IMG/VR virus record: IMGVR_UViG_3300033153_007754
Span: 89,501 to 153,500 of that record
Strand: one strand, 5' to 3'
Length of the DNA stretch: 64,000 nt
Source: a virus
Shown here: positions 1 to 9,450 of the stretch, one piece after another
Numbering within the stretch: position 1 is the stretch's first letter
How the letters are laid out: every line of letters begins with the position of its first letter
Notes under the pieces: generated by a model
What the model saw: the letters and a program-made list of their open reading frames with translations, nothing else
Databases searched by the model: none
What the model was told of the DNA's origin: nothing
Position numbers and translations under genes: made by a program

Positions 1-2070
1 TATAGTTGCTTGCATTTTAATACGATATTCATAATCAATATTTTCAGCTTCAACAAAAATTTCTTTACTGCATTTCTCACCTTCAATTTCTTCATATCTT
101 TTCAATGTATGATGTTGTGTTATCATTTCAAGAGTTTCATCACCAGATTTAACTTTTCTTACTTGTTGAATACTATAAACAGGTTCAATTCCAGCAGAAC
201 AATTATCATGTGTCAAAGAAATTGAACCATTTGGTGCAACCGTTGTTAAAGATACATTTCTAATACCATGTATTTGTAACTTTTTTTGATATTCACTACT
301 TAATGTTTTAAAATAATCATGATTTTTAAAGTTTTTTATTTCTTGGTTTTCTGAGTGTTTCACCATATATGGAAAAGCGCCCCTTTCAATAGCTAAATCT
401 ATAGATGTCTTAATAGTTTGATTCTTTATAAAAGACATTAAATCATCAACAACTTTAATTGCTTCATCAGAATCATATTTAATACCTAAAAATGCTAACA
501 TATCTGCTAAACCAGTTATACCTAAACCAATTCGTCTACCATCTAATAGTTTTATTTTGTTTGCTAATAATGGTTGTTTATCTTGGTTGATTTCAACGAT
601 ATTATCTAATCCACGAATTAATAATTCAACACTTTTACTTAATTTATCATAGTCTATAACTGCATTTTTCCTAAAAGGATTTATTACAAAATTATGTAAA
701 ACAATAGAACCTAAATTACAACTTTCGTTTGCAGACATAGGAATTTCACCGCAATTATGAACCAAACATGTAGAATCACATACATCATTATTAATATAAA
801 AATTATGGTTATCTTCAACCGTTAAATCATACACATCAATACTTTCATTTAAATCTTCTATTTTTATTACTTTAACAGTATATTCTTGATAATTATATGG
901 ATTAAAATTATCATGGATAGCCATACCCAATGTATTCTTTGCTTCTGTATATGTTCCATCTAGGTTGGCAATTAAATGTTCTGGCGTACATACAAAATCA
1001 AATCCATTACTTAAATATAATTTTATAACTTTTTTATGTCCTGTTTTAAAGGCAATTGCATTTTTAACTTCACAAACCCATTCTTTACCATTGTGTTTGG
1101 CAGAATAAACTGGGAATTCTTTATTTTCTTCAGATAATACCCTAATATCTACACCACCACGACCATCAGCAACAGCAATACTTGTATCACCAGCAAAACA
1201 CGGGTTAGTAGTGACATATTTAAAATGTTCAATCTGATTTGCTGGGTCATTTTTCAATATAGCATCATTAAATAAACAAGCTGGTTCAGCATCGGAATGA
1301 TTGTTATCAATAAATGCTTCCCATATATCACCTACTCTAAAATTCTTTTTAAAGACATCACCATTTTCAAGTTTAAATGCTGTTTCCCATTCAGCATCCA
1401 TTTCATTATTATATACTAATCCCATAAACTTATCTGTCATTTGAATGGATATATTCGCATTTTCTATTTTGGTTTTATCACCATGTTTAATTTTAATGAA
1501 ATCCATCACGTCTGGGTGGTTGATGGAAATTGTTAAAATTAATGCTCCACGTCTTCCGTTTTGTGCTATTATCCCAGTTGCAGTAGAAAATAAATCCATA
1601 AATGAAACCGCACCAGTTGATATTTTTGCGGAATTATTAACTGGTGCACCTTTTGGTCTTAATTTAGAAATATCAAAACCAACACCACCGCCCATTTTCA
1701 TGATGTTCATCATATCTTTATTTGTTGCTGATATGCCATCTATAGAGTCTTTTTCTATATCTAATACAAAACAGTTAGATAGCGTTGATTTGGTGTCATA
1801 CGGGTTATTTAGTGCATATAAAACCCTACCGGCGAATGTTATTAGATTATTATCAAATTGTTCCTTAAATATTTCATACCATTTTGAATAATCATTTTTA
1901 AAAGAATCCCTTTCACACTTTGCCATTCCACCAGCCAGCCTATGATTCATATCTTTTTTACTCATTTCCAATACGTTATTATCTTTATCTGTTAATGCAT
2001 ATTTATTATAAAACACGAATGTTGATAAATCATGTTTATGTTTTTCAAGTAAGACATTTTTCTTTTCCAT
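1..2070 (-). CDS. nrdJ: Class II (B12-dependent) ribonucleotide reductase, 3' end runs off the window; contains an intein
   Basis: Missing from the ORF track because it has no stop in the window. Manual translation from ATG at 2070: MEKKNVLLEKHKHDLSTFVFYNKYAL..., TTNP/CGE active site, ESCNLGSI, TVAPNGSIS, SAGIEPV. Confidence 0.9.
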   Translation of the reverse strand, partial: MEKKNVLLEKHKHDLSTFVFYNKYALTDKDNNVLEMSKKDMNHRLAGGMAKCERDSFKNDYSKWYEIFKEQFDNNLITFAGRVLYALNNPYDTKSTLSNCFVLDIEKDSIDGISATNKDMMNIMKMGGGVGFDISKLRPKGAPVNNSAKISTGAVSFMDLFSTATGIIAQNGRRGALILTISINHPDVMDFIKIKHGDKTKIENANISIQMTDKFMGLVYNNEMDAEWETAFKLENGDVFKKNFRVGDIWEAFIDNNHSDAEPACLFNDAILKNDPANQIEHFKYVTTNPCFAGDTSIAVADGRGGVDIRVLSEENKEFPVYSAKHNGKEWVCEVKNAIAFKTGHKKVIKLYLSNGFDFVCTPEHLIANLDGTYTEAKNTLGMAIHDNFNPYNYQEYTVKVIKIEDLNESIDVYDLTVEDNHNFYINNDVCDSTCLVHNCGEIPMSANESCNLGSIVLHNFVINPFRKNAVIDYDKLSKSVELLIRGLDNIVEINQDKQPLLANKIKLLDGRRIGLGITGLADMLAFLGIKYDSDEAIKVVDDLMSFIKNQTIKTSIDLAIERGAFPYMVKHSENQEIKNFKNHDYFKTLSSEYQKKLQIHGIRNVSLTTVAPNGSISLTHDNCSAGIEPVYSIQQVRKVKSGDETLEMITQHHTLKRYEEIEGEKCSKEIFVEAENIDYEYRIKMQATI
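754..1200 (-). mobile_element. Mini-intein (149 aa, no homing endonuclease) in the RNR active-site NP/CGE motif
   Basis: In-frame insert CFAGDTSIAVADG...VCTPEHLI...DVYDLTVEDNHNFY...LVHN, followed by extein Cys (CGEIP). Intein blocks A, B (TPEH), F and G are visible. Confidence 0.92.
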
Positions 2071-2106
2071 ATTAATGACCTTATTATTGTTAAATTATTA
2101 ATAAAA

Positions 2107-2790
2107 TTATTTCTTTTTAGTTATTTTCTTTTTGGTTGTTTTTTTAGTTTTATTAACTGTTTTTGGTTTTGTATTTTTTTTAGATTTAACAGTGACTTTT
2201 ACCACAGCAGTTTTAGATTGTTCGCCATTACTCGAATCGAATCCGATGGTAGTTTTATTGTCATTGGTTACACTATCAATAACCTCATCCAACACACCTT
2301 TTTTTTGTTCTTTTGGGAATAAATAATCTACATTATTATTAACCCTAGTTATAGATTTAACTCTTATAAAATTCAAGTTAAATTTTTCTTTTTTGATATA
2401 AAGGTTTATTAAAGAAAGTTTGTTAATAAAAATAGGTATAAGTGTATATCCACCAATGTCAAGACTTATTAATAAATTTCTTGTGGTTTCTAAATCCAAA
2501 ACCCGTTCTTTTTTGTTTACTTCTGTATATGTTAATTTAATGGCATAGACTTTTCCACCCGAAAATGAAACATATATTTTACGTATGTTTTTGTTCTTGT
2601 TTAAATAGTGTTGTAACTCAGTGGCTACCAATACAGCTCTTTTATCACCACCTAAATAATGAAACCCAACAGCCTCTTTTTCTAAAAGAACTGTGATGAT
2701 TTCTTCCTGAATTTTAAACACACCATATTGATTATCATCTTTTTGTAACACTCTGAATTCTTCACTTCTTAACATATTGTACCCTCTCAA
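2107..2790 (-). CDS. Hypothetical protein with a lysine-rich C-terminal tail
   Basis: 227-aa ORF; no recognised motif. Confidence 0.6.
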   Translation of the reverse strand: MRGYNMLRSEEFRVLQKDDNQYGVFKIQEEIITVLLEKEAVGFHYLGGDKRAVLVATELQHYLNKNKNIRKIYVSFSGGKVYAIKLTYTEVNKKERVLDLETTRNLLISLDIGGYTLIPIFINKLSLINLYIKKEKFNLNFIRVKSITRVNNNVDYLFPKEQKKGVLDEVIDSVTNDNKTTIGFDSSNGEQSKTAVVKVTVKSKKNTKPKTVNKTKKTTKKKITKKK

Positions 2791-2863
2791 AATAAAAATT
2801 AATTATATAATGTAAAACATATTTAGTAAAAATATAATAAATAATTTTTTTAGGTAGTATTAA

Positions 2864-3616
2864 ATGTATATTGGCAAAATAAAATATGTTAAAGATAATG
2901 AAATAAGAGTGTTAGTTTATGGTGTTTTTGATGATGATATGCCAACAACAAATTACCCGAAAGCAATATTAACCTCTTCTTTAAATATTAAAAATGGAAT
3001 TGGTATTAATAATAAAATATCGGTAGGTGATAATGTTATTTGTGCATTCTTAAATGGTGATTATTCACAACCAATTATATTAGGTTTCATAAATAACGAA
3101 AATGACACAAAAGAATCTTGGTTTAATTCTAATACTATGGATATTAAAACAAAATCTGGTTATGGGATTTCTATAAGAAATGTTGATGAAAATAAAAATT
3201 TTGATATTGATTTTGATGGTGAAATTAATATTAATAAAACAGATGATAATTATAAAAGTGTTCTTAAGCAATTGAATGATTTAAGGGATATTTTAAATAG
3301 TTTTATTAATAAATACAACACACATAAACATGAAACATTAAATTCACAGGGAATAAAAGGTAAGGCTTTGGGTATGGGCGAAACTACCAACATACAAGGC
3401 GATAAATCTATCCCAGAATTAAATGAAGCTGCCATTCGTGCAGCAATACCAGCCAATTTAGGTATAGACCCAGTAACAGGTTTAACGGCCGTACAAATAG
3501 GCGCAATGTTAGCAATCAATATACCTGAAACAGCTCGAATAATGGCTATATTAAGTGGTGAAACTGAAAGTACTGATGGTGATTATAATGTTGAATTTAA
3601 AAGTAAAAGTAAGTAG
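2864..3616 (+). CDS. Baseplate central spike, gp5/gpV-like (OB fold, no lysozyme domain)
   Basis: N-terminal YIGKI...IRVLVYGV...VGDNVICAFLNGDYSQPIILG OB-fold pattern, plus YNTHKH (HxH tip motif). Confidence 0.75.
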   Translation: MYIGKIKYVKDNEIRVLVYGVFDDDMPTTNYPKAILTSSLNIKNGIGINNKISVGDNVICAFLNGDYSQPIILGFINNENDTKESWFNSNTMDIKTKSGYGISIRNVDENKNFDIDFDGEININKTDDNYKSVLKQLNDLRDILNSFINKYNTHKHETLNSQGIKGKALGMGETTNIQGDKSIPELNEAAIRAAIPANLGIDPVTGLTAVQIGAMLAINIPETARIMAILSGETESTDGDYNVEFKSKSK

Positions 3617-3621
3617 TAGTT

Positions 3622-3948
3622 TTACTTTTTTTTGAAGTCGTTGATGATTTTATTTATTTCATCAAGTTTTGCTTTAAATTCCTGTTCTATATCTCTTTTT
3701 TCTGAATAACATTCTATCCTATCACCAAAAATCTCAAACTCTAAGTAATCATCATTATTTTCATATTCCAGTTGTATAGAATTTCGATATGTTGGAAAAA
3801 CTTCAAATCCATTTAAATCAGTTATTTTATTTATTGTTTCTTTTGTTTTTACCACGACGTTATTAGTGAAACAAGGTGTTCCATCATCAATCCAAGCATC
3901 ATTTTCTATTCTGAAATCATCAACTACACTTAATAGTTCTTCTAACAT
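3622..3948 (-). CDS. Hypothetical protein, resembles the repeat unit of 16887..17555
   Basis: FPTYRNSIQLEYENNDDYLEFEIF vs FISPLYENDLVLEYDNGDNFIDFDIY. Confidence 0.55.
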   Translation of the reverse strand: MLEELLSVVDDFRIENDAWIDDGTPCFTNNVVVKTKETINKITDLNGFEVFPTYRNSIQLEYENNDDYLEFEIFGDRIECYSEKRDIEQEFKAKLDEINKIINDFKKK

Positions 3949-3991
3949 TTAAACCTCAAAAAAAATTACAAATTTATTTATTCTTGAATTG

Positions 3992-4087
3992 AAAAAGGGG
4001 ATAAACAACCGAATTGTTATTTACCCCCTTTTTACTAGGAGAATCGTATGATAATGAAACAACCAAAAGAAGAAGTAACCCATCAAC
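3992..4087 (-). ncRNA. Candidate ~95-nt small RNA with an anti-SD motif
   Basis: TTGACA(4122-4117)-17 nt-AATAAT(4099-4094) promoter; pyrimidine-rich body with ATTCTCCT; ends in a GC-closed hairpin plus T-run (4033-3992). Confidence 0.5.
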
Positions 4088-4163
4088 ATAACTATTATTG
4101 CATTTATTATTATCTTTGTCAAGTTTTTTTTAAATAAATATCTTATATTATCAGGATTTTTTT

Positions 4164-5687
4164 ATGAAGCTAGAAAATATAGAAGAAGAACTAACGTATT
4201 ATAATGGTTTAAATAACTTAAGAGGTATTAAAACTAAAGTAAAGCCACTCACAAAATTACAAAAAGTTAAAACAGCTTTATGTAAACAAAATGTCGAATA
4301 TTTCGCAGAAGAATATTATTACATTGTATCACAGGACAACGGAAGACATAAAATAAAACTAAGAGATTACCAAAAAACTATGATTAAGATGCTGTTGAAT
4401 GAAGACAGAGTTGTTATGAATACGTCAAGACAAATTGGAAAAACTGTTGTGACTGCTATTCCCATACTACATTATGCATTATTTAATGAAGCTAAATTAA
4501 TTGGGATAGCAGGGGATAACTTAGCTACTGCAAAAGAAATTTTAGATAGAATAAAAAGCGCATATATGGAATTACCAATTTGGCTTCAAAAACCTGTCGT
4601 AAAATGGAATGAAAAAGAGGTTAGATTTGCTGATGGCACACGAATATTAGCGCAAGCAACAACGGGTTCAACATTTCGTGGTTTATCTATGAATTGGGTA
4701 TTTGTTGATGAAACAGCTTTTGTCGATGATTTGCTATGGGCTGCCTTTACTGATGCTTTTTTGGCCACTGTTGCTGATAGTGTTACTGCAAAAATAACAT
4801 ACACTTCAACACCAAATGGATACAACCATTTCCATCGAATATGGACTGATGCGGTAAATGGTGTATCCAATTTTAAACCATTTCAGGTGGTTTGGACTGA
4901 TGTAAAAACAAGGAATGAAGCATGGAAAATTAAAACCATGAAAGATATTGATGCAATAGATAAAGAAAGTGCTTTCAGGCAAAACTATTGCGGTGAATTT
5001 ATAACCACTGGAACTACTTTTATTAAACAGGGTATAATAGAAAAGCTATCTTACCTTACAGCTTTAAACGCAGATGATGGCAAAGATTATCTAAACATAT
5101 ATGAAAACCCTCTTAAAAATCATATATATTCAATTGGTGTTGATTTAGGTAAAGGTGTTGGTAAGGATTTTACAACAATACAAATTGTTGATATAACAGA
5201 TGTGGATAATATCAAGTTAGTTCTATCATTCAGGCATAATAATATCGGTAGTATAGAAATAGCACCAATAATTGAATTCTTTTCTGTTTATTATAACAAT
5301 GCATATACATTAGTAGAAAATAACAAATTTGATGTTGCTGATGATTTATTCTATAATTATGGATTTGATAATCTAGTGCATAACAAAGATAATGGTGTTG
5401 CAGGTATATATACAGATAAAAAAACAAAACCTATTATGCTTAATAATCTTAAATATTTAATAACAAATAATAAATTACATATTCCCGATTACCACACTAT
5501 AAACGAATTAGCTCATTTTGTTGTTAAAAATAATGGTTCAATAGAAGCTGATTCAGGTCACCATGATGATACTATTATGGGTTTAGCATTAGCACTATAT
5601 GTTTTAAAATTAGGAGTTGTGGATAATGACCAGGAATCTATAACGAGAGAAGTTAAACAAAAAGCAATTGTATCATTTTTATTATGA
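4164..5687 (+). CDS. Terminase large subunit (T4 gp17-like)
   Basis: LRDYQ adenine motif, SRQIGKT Walker A, VFVDETAF Walker B, STPNG coupling motif, nuclease DLGKGVGKD and HHDD. Confidence 0.95.
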   Translation: MKLENIEEELTYYNGLNNLRGIKTKVKPLTKLQKVKTALCKQNVEYFAEEYYYIVSQDNGRHKIKLRDYQKTMIKMLLNEDRVVMNTSRQIGKTVVTAIPILHYALFNEAKLIGIAGDNLATAKEILDRIKSAYMELPIWLQKPVVKWNEKEVRFADGTRILAQATTGSTFRGLSMNWVFVDETAFVDDLLWAAFTDAFLATVADSVTAKITYTSTPNGYNHFHRIWTDAVNGVSNFKPFQVVWTDVKTRNEAWKIKTMKDIDAIDKESAFRQNYCGEFITTGTTFIKQGIIEKLSYLTALNADDGKDYLNIYENPLKNHIYSIGVDLGKGVGKDFTTIQIVDITDVDNIKLVLSFRHNNIGSIEIAPIIEFFSVYYNNAYTLVENNKFDVADDLFYNYGFDNLVHNKDNGVAGIYTDKKTKPIMLNNLKYLITNNKLHIPDYHTINELAHFVVKNNGSIEADSGHHDDTIMGLALALYVLKLGVVDNDQESITREVKQKAIVSFLL

Positions 5688-5693
5688 AAATAA

Positions 5694-6029
5694 TTACTTT
5701 TCTAATTCCCACCAGGTAAATGTATCAATAAGTCTTGTATATTCTTGTTTCACATTTGTTAGTTTTTTATTTTCTATAGAGAATATATATTTTTCAATTT
5801 CACCATTCTGATTCTTTAGTTCCACCAAAAAAGGATTTCCATATCTATTAATATAAACATTTATCACATTTTTTGGCGAAATTCTAAAATGTTTACTAAT
5901 GTACTTCATTAGCTTTTTTTTAGGGATGTCTTTCGGTTTCTGTTGTGACATTGAAATCTCATTCAATGTGGATACCAAATCACCTTCAAGTTCTTCCATT
6001 AAAAAATTATTACAATTTGTATATAACAT
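5694..6029 (-). CDS. Hypothetical protein, possibly late/head-associated
   Basis: 111-aa ORF with an RBS, an LNE motif and an upstream CATAAATA late-promoter-like motif. Confidence 0.5.
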   Translation of the reverse strand: MLYTNCNNFLMEELEGDLVSTLNEISMSQQKPKDIPKKKLMKYISKHFRISPKNVINVYINRYGNPFLVELKNQNGEIEKYIFSIENKKLTNVKQEYTRLIDTFTWWELEK

Positions 6030-6075
6030 TTTTCACTCCTATCTAACATAAGTCATTAATATATTTATGTTTTGT

Positions 6076-6157
6076 GTTTTTTCCATTGGTGGTTTTACCA
6101 TAGATGGGTTTTCCACCTATGGTTTTTCTATTGGTGGTTTTACCGTTTATGGTAAAA
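6076..6157. repeat. Five 15-bp-period iteron-like repeats (GGTTTTWCC-N6)
   Basis: gttttttccattggt / ggttttaccatagat / gggttttccacctat / ggtttttctattggt / ggttttaccgtttat. Confidence 0.85.
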
Positions 6158-6170
6158 ATAAATAAAACAC

Positions 6171-6199
6171 TTGACATTCACTCAAAAATTGTGTACAAT
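6171..6199 (+). promoter_or_regulatory. Sigma70-type promoter of the HTH initiator-like gene
   Basis: TTGACA-17 nt-TACAAT, with AGGAG RBS downstream. Confidence 0.75.
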
Positions 6200-6232
6200 C
6201 TTTTTGTTGGTGTGTGTTTTTAGGAGAGAGAT

Positions 6233-7015
6233 ATGTCATTAATTAACAATAATATAACAGATAATTCATATTTGATTGACGCTGAATTAAGTCTTAAAGC
6301 AAAAGGATTATTAGGGATTTTAATTAATTTCTCTGGTGAAAACCTTAATATGGAAGACATCAAGGGTTACACCGATAGTGGGGTAACCCAAATAAAAAAC
6401 ACACTGAAAGAATTAAAAAAAGTAGGATATTTATTATCCAATAAAATAAGAAATAAAAAAGGTCGTGTAGATTTTATTTTTAAATTAGAAAATAAAACAC
6501 CTAAAAGTGTTCTGAATGATGATATTAAAAAAATTGAACAAACATCAGTTCCAACCAAAAAAGTGTTACCAGCAGTTAAAAAACATGGTTTATCCGCAAA
6601 GAAAATCATTTCGTTCTATAATAAACAAGTAAAAAAAGGTGGTAACCAACAACAAGCCGTCGTTAATCTTTTACCATTTTTAGAAAAAGGTTTAAAAGAA
6701 GATACAATTAAAAGTGCAATACTTGCATATAAAAACACTTTAAATGATTTAAGATATGCAAGTAAAGTTGAAAACTTTTTCATCAATGACATTGAAAAAC
6801 ATATTGATGAAACAGACAATAGGTATGAATCTTTAACTGAAATAAAAGAGAAAGTAAATTCTTTGACACCTAAACAGGAAAGTGAAATATTGAAGCTGGT
6901 TTTTGATGAAAACCCTAGTTATGATTATGAAGGGTTTAATCTGAAAACATTGTTGGAAGTATCACCAACAACTTACAATCATTATATTAAAAAATATAAT
7001 AGAAATGTTGCTTAG
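6233..7015 (+). CDS. Winged-HTH replication initiator/replisome-organizer-like protein
   Basis: DAELSLKAKGLLGIL...IKNTLKELKKVGYL...RNKKGR pattern, typical of phage and mobile-element HTH replication proteins. Confidence 0.65.
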   Translation: MSLINNNITDNSYLIDAELSLKAKGLLGILINFSGENLNMEDIKGYTDSGVTQIKNTLKELKKVGYLLSNKIRNKKGRVDFIFKLENKTPKSVLNDDIKKIEQTSVPTKKVLPAVKKHGLSAKKIISFYNKQVKKGGNQQQAVVNLLPFLEKGLKEDTIKSAILAYKNTLNDLRYASKVENFFINDIEKHIDETDNRYESLTEIKEKVNSLTPKQESEILKLVFDENPSYDYEGFNLKTLLEVSPTTYNHYIKKYNRNVA

Positions 7016-7389
7016 TCTTTATAGAAATTAAAGGCATAGCCACCTATAAAACCAACAAATAATAAACCTAAAGAAAATAAAGCTTTTTCCATAAAACTAT
7101 GTTTTTCTATATATACAATCTTTTCAATAGTTTCTGTTTCAATTATTGTTTCATCATCACAAAAATAAGTTTTATTTGCCAATAGTTTCCACTTATTTAT
7201 TTGTCTTAATCCTTCAATATCAACCAACACAAACATTTCACTTTGTGGTAGTTCATTTAGATTAATTTCTAACCTACCATCATTCTGTAAAAAATGTACT
7301 TCTTCATTCTTCACAAAAACAGTGTATTTAAATAAATCATTTCCTAATATGGAAATAGAAATTAACATCATTAATAAAATCTTTTTCAT
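7012..7389 (-). CDS. Exported protein with signal peptide and C-terminal transmembrane anchor
   Basis: MKKILLMMLISISILG N-terminus; ALFSLGLLFVGFIGGYAF C-terminus. Confidence 0.6.
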   Translation of the reverse strand: MKKILLMMLISISILGNDLFKYTVFVKNEEVHFLQNDGRLEINLNELPQSEMFVLVDIEGLRQINKWKLLANKTYFCDDETIIETETIEKIVYIEKHSFMEKALFSLGLLFVGFIGGYAFNFYKD

Positions 7390-7398
7390 ATCAACCTC

Positions 7399-9012
7399 CT
7401 ATAAAAGTTTCTTTTTTTTCTTTTTTTTCTTTTTACTTTCATCAATTTTTTCAACATAAATAACAAAACCTTCGGCTTGTTCTTTTCTTAATTCATCATG
7501 TAATTTTTTAATTTCATCATCACTATATCCCATTATATCCCTATATACACCAGCAACAGAAAACAATGGTACTATGTCAGGTCTGCTTTCTGTTGGAAGG
7601 CCTATGTAATCTTTAATATCATTTATTAAAGATATTTTCTCTCTAATATCAGCAAATTTAAAAATTTTCGCATAATCAACAGAATCATGGAATTCTAAAT
7701 ATAAAGAATTCTTAAAAGATACCATGAAATCATCTGAAATATCTGTGTTTTTCTCTTCTTTAATTTTATCATTAATATAATCAAATAACATAGTAATATA
7801 TATTGGAGAAAAAGCCTTTCTATTAGCTAAAACAAAAAACCTAAACCGTCTCATATCTTCACTTATTTCATTTACGTTATCAGCTTTTGGGTGTTGGCCC
7901 CTACCATCTTCAAAATCAATTCTTTTATTTGGAATAAATAAACTCCTATAGGCTTCACGCATAGCAATTTTGTAATCATCTATATTATTTAAATTCATAT
8001 TTCCACCAATAGTGGATACTTCAGTCGCTTTATTTTTATTTCTACTAAACCAGAAATTATCTATCATGGCATGTTTAGCATTTACCGCAGAATATTGTCC
8101 AGTTTCTTGATTGAAAATTGTTTTAAGGTTATATTCATTCTTAATCTTATTTACATGTGCTTTTGCTTTTTTATCTGCCATCATACCTGTGTCTATATAG
8201 AATACAAGGCGTTCAGGTGCTCGTACTATTCGATAAATCAATAATGTGTCTTTTAGTATGTTCAATTGGTTTATCGGTCTAAGCGCTTGATGTAGATACG
8301 AAACCGTTTCGCCATTTATTTTTTTTCCGGATTCTAAATGTATCATGTCTTTTGTCGCTATACCCCTCACATCTTTTCCGTTTTGTTGTGCATAATTTAT
8401 CTTATTATTATTATTTTCTTCTTTATTTTTATATTCATATTGTTTCTTTTCTTTATTATAAAAAACTTTTGTTGGTTCTAGTATATTATAAGAAGATATT
8501 ACACCCTTTGTTCTTTTCTTTTCGATATATAATCTGCCATCCACATAAAATTGTTCAAATAGAATACTTGCGTTATCAGTAAACACCTTTCTATCAACAT
8601 AGAATTTTTCTATATATTCAATTACTTTATTTTTGGCTTTAGTGTTTTTATCTAATAGTGTATTAGATTTTAACATAAATTTAAATGGTGCTGTGTCTTC
8701 AACATTTACAATCACATTATTTTTAATTTCTTCTATTGCTATTTGTACTTCTGTAAATAGAGAGGCACTACGATATTTTCTTATTAATTCATCTAATGTA
8801 GACCACACTTGATAATTCATATTTATATCATCTTTATGTCTACCATACACAAAATTGTTTTGGAGAGCGTTCTCGTTTTTCAATTCCGCTTCCCTGTTGA
8901 CAACTACATTGTTTTTATTCTTCAATTTTGCTTCTGTTAATTTTTTAGATTCATTCAAAACATCTAAATATTTAGCATCAACATCACTTTCCAATATGAT
9001 TTTATTACTCAT
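7399..9012 (-). CDS. Portal vertex protein (T4 gp20-like)
   Basis: LIRKYR, FYVDGRLY, SYLHQALRPINQL, LLIYRIVRAPERLVFYIDTG, ATEVSTIGG. Confidence 0.95.
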   Translation of the reverse strand: MSNKIILESDVDAKYLDVLNESKKLTEAKLKNKNNVVVNREAELKNENALQNNFVYGRHKDDINMNYQVWSTLDELIRKYRSASLFTEVQIAIEEIKNNVIVNVEDTAPFKFMLKSNTLLDKNTKAKNKVIEYIEKFYVDRKVFTDNASILFEQFYVDGRLYIEKKRTKGVISSYNILEPTKVFYNKEKKQYEYKNKEENNNNKINYAQQNGKDVRGIATKDMIHLESGKKINGETVSYLHQALRPINQLNILKDTLLIYRIVRAPERLVFYIDTGMMADKKAKAHVNKIKNEYNLKTIFNQETGQYSAVNAKHAMIDNFWFSRNKNKATEVSTIGGNMNLNNIDDYKIAMREAYRSLFIPNKRIDFEDGRGQHPKADNVNEISEDMRRFRFFVLANRKAFSPIYITMLFDYINDKIKEEKNTDISDDFMVSFKNSLYLEFHDSVDYAKIFKFADIREKISLINDIKDYIGLPTESRPDIVPLFSVAGVYRDIMGYSDDEIKKLHDELRKEQAEGFVIYVEKIDESKKKKKKKKKLL

Positions 9013-9041
9013 TTAAACCTCTTAGTGTTATATTTGTAATT

Positions 9042-9049
9042 TATTTATA
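9042..9049 (-). promoter_or_regulatory. T4-type late promoter TATAAATA (portal)
   Basis: Exact TATAAATA about 30 bp upstream of the portal start. ATAAATA variants precede the spike, terminase, tail tube, gp48 and 52341..54560. Confidence 0.6.
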
Positions 9050-9093
9050 GTATTTTTGGATTGTTTAGTAAACTTTTTTTTTAGATGTATTTT

Positions 9094-9402
9094 TTACTTG
9101 CCTTCTTTTTTCATCTCAACTAGTTTTTCTTGAATTTCTTTGAGTTCATCTTCAGATAAATTACCACCTTCAACTTCTTCCTTGATTTTTTTTAATTCTC
9201 CTTCAATTTCATCAGCACTAGTTTTTTTAGAATTTTCTTTAATTGTTTGAATTTCTTTTTTAATTTCAAGCAATTGTTCTTTAGTATAATTACCATTTGC
9301 AATCATTTCGTGGATTTTTTTAATCTGTTCTTCTGGTTTTTGTTCATTTAACTTGCTTTCAACCAACTCTACCAATTCTTTCAACCCTTTAATTTCATTC
9401 AT
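9094..9402 (-). CDS. Small Glu/Lys-rich protein, possible prohead core (gp67-like)
   Basis: Highly charged, LVE/LNE motifs, adjacent to the portal. Confidence 0.4.
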   Translation of the reverse strand: MNEIKGLKELVELVESKLNEQKPEEQIKKIHEMIANGNYTKEQLLEIKKEIQTIKENSKKTSADEIEGELKKIKEEVEGGNLSEDELKEIQEKLVEMKKEGK

Positions 9403-9450
9403 TTTAACTCCTTATTTTTAAAAATAAAAAAACTTAATATAACTTATTTA

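Noticed and set aside
181-200. GGTTCAATTCC T-loop-like motif suggesting a tRNA
   Set aside because: Lies within nrdJ coding sequence with no cloverleaf; no tRNA gene was recognised in the window.
10-1891. Plus-strand ORFs 10..225 and 1445..1891
   Set aside because: Antisense shadows of nrdJ. The same applies to most short opposite-strand ORFs in the track.
6076-6157. 15-bp repeats as a mini-CRISPR or GGY-NN pentamer guide array
   Set aside because: Units are head-to-tail without spacers, and GG occurs only every third pentamer; an iteron or operator fits better.
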